Of a DNA stretch of 64,000 bases, positions 56,928 to 64,000 are shown one piece after another. The notes beneath the pieces are model-generated. The model was given only the letters and a program-made list of their open reading frames with translations, was not told where the DNA came from and ran no database searches. The position numbers and the translations under genes were made by a program. This DNA is from Acidimicrobiia bacterium (lineage in GTDB: Bacteria > Actinomycetota > Acidimicrobiia > Spongiisociales > ZC4RG35). The DNA is taken from NCBI GenBank assembly GCA_035253825.1, contig DATFBM010000012.1:150054-214053 (forward strand), in the 5' to 3' direction. Position 1 is the first letter of the stretch; the number at the start of each line of letters is the position of its first letter.

Positions 56928-57911
56928 TCAGGAAACTGAGTCGAGGAGGCCCAAGCCGTCAAGGTCGGTACGCAACGCCTCCGTTTGATCTTCATTGAGC
57001 GGGATCAACGGCGGCCGCACCGGTCCCTGCGGCAAACCCATCAGAGCGAGCCACGTCTTCAAAGCAGCGATAGGAATCGCCCCCTCGCCGCGAGCCAGCC
57101 AACTGTCCCGCATCCAAAGCTCGAACGCGTCCCGCTCCCGTCCGAGGGTGCCGTGAAGAGCCCAGGCCCCTGCCACGTCTCCGCCATCGGCTTTGCGCGT
57201 GTAGTCGTAGATGGGGCGCTTGGCGGGAGTTTGATACATGGCCAGTGCCGGCGTCGACATGAGCGATTGGAAGCCGTGGTCGAGGTGCAGGCCCAACCAG
57301 TCGGCTTCCGAGGCATCACAAACGACCATCCTGTCACCGGCAAGTTCCTTGACCCGTAGCAGATGCTCTCTCGGCTTCGGATTCTTGATCCCGCACACCG
57401 TGTCGAGGTCGGCGAGCTCGGCGATGAGCTCGGGACTCAAGGCGTACCCGGAGTAAGAGGTGTTGAAGAGGAAGAAGGGGACCGATGACTCTGCGGTCAA
57501 ACGCCGAAACCAGTCACGAACGATTTCGTCGGACGGCTTGATCGGGAAGTAGGGATTTATGGCGATGACGAAATCGGCGCCGACCTCCTCGGCATGCCGA
57601 CTGAGTTGGGCCGCTTCCGAATAGGTGTGATGACCGATGTGCGCCATCACCGGAACCCGCCCGGCGGCGGCATTGACCACCAGTTCGTGAACCTGGGCAC
57701 GCTCTTCGACCGTCAGCGCCCAGAACTCGCCCATCACTCCCCCACAGAAGATGCCCTCGACCGCCAAACCCTCGATGTAGTAGTCCACCGACTTGCGAAG
57801 GATCCCCTCATCGACTGCCCCGGCTGAGGTGAACGGGGTGGGGATGGCGATCCAGAGCCCCTTTACCTTCTCGAAGGCCATCTCTTTCGCCCTGGAAGCC
57901 ATGGCGGTCAC
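56928..57911 (-). CDS. DapA/DHDPS-family lyase (class I aldolase)
   Basis: 327 aa. GIFCGGVMGEFWALTVEER and overall DHDPS/NanA-like layout. Confidence 0.75.
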   Translation of the reverse strand: MTAMASRAKEMAFEKVKGLWIAIPTPFTSAGAVDEGILRKSVDYYIEGLAVEGIFCGGVMGEFWALTVEERAQVHELVVNAAAGRVPVMAHIGHHTYSEAAQLSRHAEEVGADFVIAINPYFPIKPSDEIVRDWFRRLTAESSVPFFLFNTSYSGYALSPELIAELADLDTVCGIKNPKPREHLLRVKELAGDRMVVCDASEADWLGLHLDHGFQSLMSTPALAMYQTPAKRPIYDYTRKADGGDVAGAWALHGTLGRERDAFELWMRDSWLARGEGAIPIAALKTWLALMGLPQGPVRPPLIPLNEDQTEALRTDLDGLGLLDSVS

Positions 57912-57941
57912 CTCCTCGCGCTAACAGCCAGCGACATAGCG

Positions 57942-57955
57942 ACGGTAGCAGCACA
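57942..57955. promoter_or_regulatory. candidate LacI-type operator S3 (CACACACGTTTGCG)
   Basis: CG-centred pseudo-palindrome in the divergent DapA-like/M24 intergenic region. It matches S1 at 11 of 14 positions. Confidence 0.3.
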
Positions 57956-57986
57956 CACGTTTGCGCATTTCGGGGCAATCAGGGAT

Positions 57987-59144
57987 ATGGTCGACCACAT
58001 GGACGACCTCTATCCGAGGTTCAGCAAGGACGAACTGGCCAAGCGGCGCCAGATGATCGTCGAGCTGATGGAGAAGGCCGGCGTATCCCATCTCCTCGTC
58101 TACGGCGCCGAGCGGGTGGGATCGGCTATCCCCTGGCTGACCGAGTGGCCGGTCACCACCGAAGCTGCCCTGCTGTTCACACCGGAGGAGACACCGCGGC
58201 TTTTCGTGCAGCATTACAACCATCTGCCCAATGCCCGGATCATCGCCTCCGACTGCGAAGTGGAATGGGGCGGGCCCTCCACCATCACTCAAATCGAAGA
58301 GCTATTGCTGGCGCGGGTCGGACCTGGTCAGCGGGTCGGAGCATTGGGACCGCTGCGCCATCAAAGTCACTTGAAACTGGCGAGCGCGGTCGGTGAGTTG
58401 GTGGGGTTGGACGCGGAATACCAGCAACTGCGGCTTATCAAGTCGGAAGAGGAAATCGCCCGACTTGAAGTGGCAGCCCGTCTCTCGGATCAGGCGGTCG
58501 CAGCCCTGGTCGCCCAAGTCGAGGTCGGGATGGACGAACGCCAGTTAGCGGCGATCGTCGAGTCTGCCTATTTGTCCGAGGGGGCCACCAACCACATCCA
58601 CTACTTCGCCGTCACCTCGATGTCCGATCCCGACAAGTGCGTGCCGTCGCAGTTCCAGTCGACCCGGAAGTTGCAATCGGGTGACATTCTCTTCTGCGAG
58701 ATCAGCGCTGCCTACTGGGGATACGCCGCCCAGGTCTTGCGAACCTTCACTATTGCCGCCGACCCCACGCCGCTCTTCGTTGAGCTTCACCGCGCCGCCG
58801 ATGCCGCCTTCGATGCCATCGCCGCTGTCATTCGTCCGGGCGCCCATGCTTCCGAGCTCGTGGCGGCATCAGCGGTGATTGAAGAGATGGGGTTCACCAT
58901 CTATGACGACCTGGTTCATGGCTATGGCGGCGGCTATCTGCCGCCGGTCCTCGGGGCCAAGAGTCGCCCCAATTTGCCGATACCCGATCTGACTCTGAAA
59001 GAGGGGATGGCGTTGGTCATCCAACCCAATGTGATTACCACCGACGAGCGGGCCGGGGTCCAAACGGGACATCTCGTGGCAGTTACCCATGGCGGGCATC
59101 GCTCGCTTCATAACTTCCCTAGGGGACTGGGCCGGATCGCCTGA
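57987..59144 (+). CDS. M24-family (creatinase/Xaa-Pro peptidase fold) protein with non-canonical metal-site residues
   Basis: 385 aa. GDILFCEISAAYWGYAAQVLRTF ... LVHGYGGGY ... MALVIQPNVIT. Confidence 0.75.
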   Translation: MVDHMDDLYPRFSKDELAKRRQMIVELMEKAGVSHLLVYGAERVGSAIPWLTEWPVTTEAALLFTPEETPRLFVQHYNHLPNARIIASDCEVEWGGPSTITQIEELLLARVGPGQRVGALGPLRHQSHLKLASAVGELVGLDAEYQQLRLIKSEEEIARLEVAARLSDQAVAALVAQVEVGMDERQLAAIVESAYLSEGATNHIHYFAVTSMSDPDKCVPSQFQSTRKLQSGDILFCEISAAYWGYAAQVLRTFTIAADPTPLFVELHRAADAAFDAIAAVIRPGAHASELVAASAVIEEMGFTIYDDLVHGYGGGYLPPVLGAKSRPNLPIPDLTLKEGMALVIQPNVITTDERAGVQTGHLVAVTHGGHRSLHNFPRGLGRIA

Positions 59145-59208
59145 TTGGGTCCCATCCGGCGTGGGGATCGGTTGCAGAGGACGGCGCCCCTGGTTAGCGT
59201 GCAAACGA

Positions 59209-59222
59209 TTGGGCTGGCGATC
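59209..59222. promoter_or_regulatory. candidate LacI-type operator S4 (TGCAAACGATTGGG)
   Basis: Lies 24 nt upstream of the substrate-binding-protein start. The left half TGCAAACG is a perfect LacI/GalR half-site. It shares CAAACGATTG with S1. Confidence 0.45.
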
Positions 59223-59245
59223 GAGCCTGCTCGTCTGGAGACAAT

Positions 59246-60955
59246 TTGAGGAGGCCTCCCATGGGACGAAAATCGTTTGCGGCGAGGATATTGGCCTTAT
59301 GCGCTGTCCTCACACTGGTTCTGGCGGCGTGCGCCACAGGGACCACGGACACGACATCGGACACTGGCACCACGGCGGCGGCGGGCACCGGAGACGTGCC
59401 CAACCCCGATGTGCTAGTGGCCACGGTGAACGACGACGTCTTCAACCTCGATCCGGCGGCCGTCAATGGAAACGATGTCGGCATGGACGTCATCCTCAAT
59501 GTCTACGACCGTCTGGTTTTCATCGACGCCGAGGACGGTTCGGTGATCCCCCAACTTTCCACTGAGGTTCCCAGCCTGGAGAACGGGTTGGTCTCCGAGG
59601 ACGGGCTCACCTATACCTTCCCGCTCCGGGAGGGTGTGGTTTTCTCCGACGGCACCGACATGACCGCTGAGGACGTCAAGTACTCGTGGGATCGCGTCGT
59701 CGAAATGAACCTTCCCGAAGGCCAGGCGCCTCTCTTTGAAAACGTGGCCGAAACCCGGGTGGTCGACGACTTGACCTTCGAAGTGACCTTGAAGGAGGTT
59801 GATGCCTCCTTCCTCGCCTTCCTGGCTGCTCACCCGGTGGCATCGGTCGTCAGCCAAGACGCGGTCGAGGCGAACGGTGGCGTGGTCGCTGGCCAGCCCA
59901 ACGAATTCATGGCCCAGAACATGGTGGGAACCGGTCCTTACACCCTCGCCACGTGGGAACGCGGCGACCGCATGACCTTCGACATCAACCCCGACTACTG
60001 GGGTGAGCCGGCCCACCTGCCCGTGCGCTGGGAATTGATCGTCGACACGCCCGCTACCGGCTTGCAAGCGAGGGAGTACGACATCGTCGACATCAGCCCC
60101 ACGGATGTGCCCTCGATCGAGCCCATCGAACACGCGGTGGTCGACACCAGCATCCTCGACCTGCAGGTGCTCCAGATCGGCATGAACATGAACATCTGCG
60201 AGGGCTGCCTTCCGGAGGGCGACACCATCCCGCTCGACTTCTTCCAGGACGTGCGAGTGCGTCAAGCCTTCAATTACGCCTACAACTACCAGGGCATGAT
60301 CGACGGGATCCTGGGCGGCCTCGGAGGTCGCAACAGCTTCATCCTTCCCGTCGAGATGTACGGCTATGACCCCGAGGCTCCCATCTACGAGACCGACCCG
60401 GCCCGGGCGGAGGAGCTCTTCCGTGAAGCCGGCTACTGGGATGAGGGATTCACCATCTCCATTGCGAGCGACCAAACCCATGAGGGTTTCACGGGTGCGG
60501 CTCTGACCCTGAAAGACAGCATCGAGGCCCTCAACCCCAACTTCCACGTCAACGTGATGGCCGTGCCGGAGGCACAGTTCGACGAGATTCTGGCAACCGA
60601 CCCGCTGCCGGTGGCGATGTGGTCCTACACCAGCTCGCAATACAGCACGCCGGACGCCTACCTGTTTGACAGCGCGGTGTCAGACGGGAGATACGGGGCG
60701 GTGAACAGCTTCGTCGACGGATATTCAGATCCGGAGGCGATAGACGCACTGATCGCCTCGGCACGCACCACCTTGGACGAAGAGGAGCGGCTTAGCATCC
60801 TCTCCGAGATCCAGAATGTCCTCTTCGAGGAGGCCATGTGGATCATGCCCGCCAACGAGGGGGCACCTTCGGCTGCCGGGGAGTGGGTGAAGGGTCACGT
60901 GGAGAACCCGATGTGGGCGCGGCCGTCGCAGTACTGGGCGCTATACAGCAAATGA
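59246..60955 (+). CDS. ABC transporter substrate-binding lipoprotein, family 5 (peptide/nickel/oligosaccharide type)
   Basis: 569 aa. Lipobox LVLAACATG with a T/G-rich linker. SBP_bac_5-like body. Confidence 0.85.
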   Translation: MRRPPMGRKSFAARILALCAVLTLVLAACATGTTDTTSDTGTTAAAGTGDVPNPDVLVATVNDDVFNLDPAAVNGNDVGMDVILNVYDRLVFIDAEDGSVIPQLSTEVPSLENGLVSEDGLTYTFPLREGVVFSDGTDMTAEDVKYSWDRVVEMNLPEGQAPLFENVAETRVVDDLTFEVTLKEVDASFLAFLAAHPVASVVSQDAVEANGGVVAGQPNEFMAQNMVGTGPYTLATWERGDRMTFDINPDYWGEPAHLPVRWELIVDTPATGLQAREYDIVDISPTDVPSIEPIEHAVVDTSILDLQVLQIGMNMNICEGCLPEGDTIPLDFFQDVRVRQAFNYAYNYQGMIDGILGGLGGRNSFILPVEMYGYDPEAPIYETDPARAEELFREAGYWDEGFTISIASDQTHEGFTGAALTLKDSIEALNPNFHVNVMAVPEAQFDEILATDPLPVAMWSYTSSQYSTPDAYLFDSAVSDGRYGAVNSFVDGYSDPEAIDALIASARTTLDEEERLSILSEIQNVLFEEAMWIMPANEGAPSAAGEWVKGHVENPMWARPSQYWALYSK

Positions 60956-61004
60956 GATAAATATCTTCAGATGAGCGACGGAGGGGGGAAAGGAGAACTG
61001 AAGC

Positions 61005-62015
61005 GTGCATAGGTACATCGCACGCCGTCTGCTGGCTCTCCCCTTCGTCATCCTGGTCGTGAGCCTCCTGGTCTTCTCGATGACCCGGCTGGGAGGCACC
61101 ACGATCGGCCCCTACCTAGAGCCGGGAATGACCGACGAGGAAATCGCCGCCCTCGAGGAGCGGTTCAACCTCGACGAGCCGGTACCCATGCAATACCTGG
61201 CGTGGCTCGGTGGGGTGGTTCGGGGAGAACTCGGCTGGTCGGCCGTTGCTGTCTCGCCGGTGGTAGACGTGTTCCGGTCCCGGATTCCAGCATCGTTCGA
61301 GCTGGGAGTGGCGGCCGCTTTGTGGGCAGTCACGCTGGGGATCGGGTTGGGCACCTTCTCGGCCAGACGTCGCAACAAGCTGTCCGATCAGCTCACGAGT
61401 GTTTTCGCCGTTGGTGGGGCCAGCATGCCCACCTTCTGGCTGGGGATCGTCCTCCTCATCATCTTCTGGTCCTATCTCGGCTGGTTCCCCCATGGAAGGT
61501 CCGATTTTCGGATCTGGGCCAGCATCCCCCATCCCACCAACTTCTACGTCATCGATTCGATCCTCGCCGGCAGCTGGGCCGGCCTCAAAGACGCAGTTTG
61601 GCACCTGGTCCTGCCGGCCCTCACCCTGGGCTATGGGGCGGTCGGCATTGTGACCAGGATGATGCGCTCTTCGCTCCTCGAGGAGATGGGCAAGGACTAT
61701 GTGGACGCGGCACGGGCCCGTGGCCTCCCCGAGCGACTCGTGGTCCGTCGTCATGCCCGCCGCAACGCCTTCATCCCCACTGTCACGGTGATTGGTCTCT
61801 CGATCGGGATCATGTTCGAGGGAACGGTGGTAGTAGAGACAATTTTCGGCTGGCCCGGGCTCGGCAGTTGGATGGCCGACTCGGTCCTGAGCGGTGACCA
61901 AGCCACCACGCTCGCCTTCGTCATCTTCACCAGCATCCTCTTCCTCTGCATCAACCTCCTCGTCGATGTCACCTATGGGTATCTCGACCGCCGCGTGGTA
62001 CTGAGGAAGACCTGA
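61005..62015 (+). CDS. ABC transporter permease (DppB/OppB-like)
   Basis: 336 aa, GTG start. MHRYIARRLLALPF N-terminus. EAA-loop YVDAARARGLPERLVVRRHARRNA. Confidence 0.88.
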   Translation: MHRYIARRLLALPFVILVVSLLVFSMTRLGGTTIGPYLEPGMTDEEIAALEERFNLDEPVPMQYLAWLGGVVRGELGWSAVAVSPVVDVFRSRIPASFELGVAAALWAVTLGIGLGTFSARRRNKLSDQLTSVFAVGGASMPTFWLGIVLLIIFWSYLGWFPHGRSDFRIWASIPHPTNFYVIDSILAGSWAGLKDAVWHLVLPALTLGYGAVGIVTRMMRSSLLEEMGKDYVDAARARGLPERLVVRRHARRNAFIPTVTVIGLSIGIMFEGTVVVETIFGWPGLGSWMADSVLSGDQATTLAFVIFTSILFLCINLLVDVTYGYLDRRVVLRKT

Positions 62016-62017
62016 CC

Positions 62018-62947
62018 ATGTGGTTTCAGTCGGTTCGTACCGAGACGGCACCCCGGGTGCTCCGAGACACTCCCACCAGGGTCAAAGCCCGTCGACTGTG
62101 GGCAACCACCAGAGAGGTTTTCAGCCGTGGAAGTACGGCCTTTGGAGCCACCCTCATCGTGGTCATGCTGACGATGGCGATCTTCGCTCCCTTGATCGTG
62201 GACGTGAACCCCCGCGGCGCCTATCAGATGCCTCGCGACCTCTCCGCGGTTGCGGTCCCCCCGGGTACAGAAGGTCACCCTCTCGGAACGACCCGACTCG
62301 GTGGTGATGTCCTCTATGGCATCGTCTGGGGAGCCCGGCTGTCCTTGCAGCTGTCGCTCTACGTGGTGGCCGGAGCCGTGCTCATGGGTCTGATCGTCGG
62401 CTGCACGGCCGGCATCGTCGGGGGCAAGGTCGACGCCTTTCTGATGAGGACGGTGGACGTCTTCCTCTCCATACCGACGTTGGTCTTCCCGTTGGCGATC
62501 GCGGCCATTCTGGGACCGTCGTTCGTCAACATCGTTGTCGCCCTGGCCGCCATCATGTGGGCTCGGTACGCCCGGATCATCCGCAGCCAGATCCTGCAGG
62601 TGCGGGAGGAAGACTATGTCGACGCGGCGCGAACCATCGGAGACTCGAAGTTCGGAATCATTCGCAAAGACATCCTCCCCAACTCTTTCACCCCGGTGGC
62701 AGTCCAGGCCACCTTGGACATGGGCCACGCCGTGCTCTTGGGAGCGACACTCGCCTTTATCGGGTTGGCGGTCGCTGGTCAGGCGGAATGGGGTACTTTG
62801 GTAAGCGAGGGCCAGGCCGACATCATCGCCGGCCGTTGGTGGACTTCCGCCTTCCCCGGCCTGATGGTGTTCCTCTGGGCGCTGTCGTTCAACCTGGTGG
62901 GCGACGGCCTCCGCGACGTCCTCGACCCCCGCACCGAACGGCGCTGA
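62018..62947 (+). CDS. ABC transporter permease (DppC/OppC-like)
   Basis: 309 aa. EAA-loop YVDAARTIGDSKFGIIRKDILPNS. Confidence 0.88.
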   Translation: MWFQSVRTETAPRVLRDTPTRVKARRLWATTREVFSRGSTAFGATLIVVMLTMAIFAPLIVDVNPRGAYQMPRDLSAVAVPPGTEGHPLGTTRLGGDVLYGIVWGARLSLQLSLYVVAGAVLMGLIVGCTAGIVGGKVDAFLMRTVDVFLSIPTLVFPLAIAAILGPSFVNIVVALAAIMWARYARIIRSQILQVREEDYVDAARTIGDSKFGIIRKDILPNSFTPVAVQATLDMGHAVLLGATLAFIGLAVAGQAEWGTLVSEGQADIIAGRWWTSAFPGLMVFLWALSFNLVGDGLRDVLDPRTERR

Positions 62948-62950
62948 GGC

Positions 62951-64000
62951 TCACCGGTACTTGAGGCCGGTGCCGGTGTTGAACACCAGAACCCGGTCCT
63001 CACCTCCGATCCAACCCTGATCTTTGAGCATCACCAGCGCGGCCCACGCCGCCCCCGCCTCCGGGCAAGCGTCCACGCCCGTCGCCGCAGCCATCGCTGC
63101 TGCCGATGGGGCGATTGACTCTTCGGGCACCGCGACGGCGGTGCCCTTCGTCTGGCGTAAGGCCCGAAGACAAAGAAAGCCGGCGATCGGGTTGGGAACT
63201 CTCAGTCCATATGCCTTGGTTTTGGGGTCGAGCCAGGGCTGAGTCTGTTCCCGACCATTTCGGTGCCCCTCCACAATCGGCGCACACCCATCCGATTGCA
63301 CTGCCACCAAGCGAGGACGGGCGGTGCCGATCCACCCCATGGTCTCCATTTCGTCGAAGGCCTTCCACATCCCCACCAGACCGGTTCCGCCACCTGTGGG
63401 ATAGACGATCACGTCGGGCAAATCCCCGTCGAATTGTTCCCAGATCTCATAACCCATGGTCTTCTTGCCTTCGACCCGGAAGGGCTCTTTAAGCGTCGAG
63501 AGGTCGAAGTCCTCCGGAGAGCGGTTCTCGCCCAGCCAACGGCCCGAGTCGGAGATGGTCCCCGGGACGAGTTCCACCTGCGCCCCATAGTGGCGGCATT
63601 CCTCCACAAATGCACGAGGCGTGTCCTCGGGCATGGCCACCAGCACCTCGACGCCAGCGGCGGCGCCATAGGCGGCGAGAGCGCCCGCCGCGTTCCCGGC
63701 CGAAGGAGCGACCAGGCGTTTCACCCCCAAGGCGACGGCCCCTGAAACCGCCATCGACATCCCCCGGGCCTTGAAGGATCCAGTGGGGTTCCGGGCCTCG
63801 TCCTTGACCCAGGTACTCGCGTCAGCTCGCACCAGAGGAGTCCACCCTTCGGTCAAGCTGACGGCCCCCACGGGATCGATCGGGAGCACCCCTCGGTACC
63901 TCCACAGCGACGAAACCGACCGGTCGATTATCGAGTCGGGAGCGGTGCCTGGCTCCAACCGCATGTTGACCTGCAGAGGCAGACCACATCTTTCGCAGGT
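62951..64000 (-). CDS. thrC: threonine synthase with an N-terminal zinc-ribbon (5' end beyond the window)
   Basis: PLP-lysine motif NPTGSFKARGMS. The frame stays open upstream of the listed ATG (63964) to the window edge and reads TCERCGLPLQVN, so the true start is outside the window. Confidence 0.85.
   Translation of the reverse strand, partial: TCERCGLPLQVNMRLEPGTAPDSIIDRSVSSLWRYRGVLPIDPVGAVSLTEGWTPLVRADASTWVKDEARNPTGSFKARGMSMAVSGAVALGVKRLVAPSAGNAAGALAAYGAAAGVEVLVAMPEDTPRAFVEECRHYGAQVELVPGTISDSGRWLGENRSPEDFDLSTLKEPFRVEGKKTMGYEIWEQFDGDLPDVIVYPTGGGTGLVGMWKAFDEMETMGWIGTARPRLVAVQSDGCAPIVEGHRNGREQTQPWLDPKTKAYGLRVPNPIAGFLCLRALRQTKGTAVAVPEESIAPSAAAMAAATGVDACPEAGAAWAALVMLKDQGWIGGEDRVLVFNTGTGLKYR

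Overview
High-GC, very gene-dense chromosomal segment. It looks actinobacterial, possibly Acidimicrobiia-like, but that is a guess from gene order and composition. I found no transposase, integrase, CRISPR array or rRNA. Positions 1-33 kb are a conserved housekeeping block, mostly on the minus strand: clpC, lysS, coaX, panC, a folate operon (folE-folP-X-folB-folK), ftsH, hpt, tilS, a sigH/anti-sigma pair, tRNA-Thr(CGT), holB, tmk, topA, an LCP cell-wall operon, PolX, a second ftsH, a DUF1998 helicase and PiT/DUF47. This order matches the known Mycobacterium clpC-to-topA neighbourhood. Local oddities are a cysteine-free phosphatase-fold gene inserted into the folate operon, a FolK-ICMT methyltransferase fusion, no panD, a 110-bp dyad array of heptad repeats between hpt and ftsH, and a duplicated 35-bp element upstream of sigH. 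Positions 33-63 kb are accessory and are the best candidate for an undescribed system, a hydrolase- and oxidoreductase-rich catabolic island. It holds 2 CocE/NonD hydrolases, 4 alpha/beta hydrolases, 2 Gfo/Idh/MocA enzymes, a 2-hydroxyacid dehydrogenase, a creatininase-family protein, a cupin, a CrtI-like flavoprotein, a BBE-like FAD oxidase, an orphan Mo-hydroxylase large subunit, 2 atypical M24 proteins, a DapA-like lyase and an ATPase-less peptide-type ABC importer. Within it is a 10-gene unit whose internal junctions include seven consecutive 4-nt start/stop overlaps. Four promoter regions carry a recurring LacI-type operator (core CAAACGATTG or CAATCGATTG), which suggests one regulon under the single LacI-family gene. 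The substrate is unknown. All calls come from reading the translations and motifs by eye; no searches were run.
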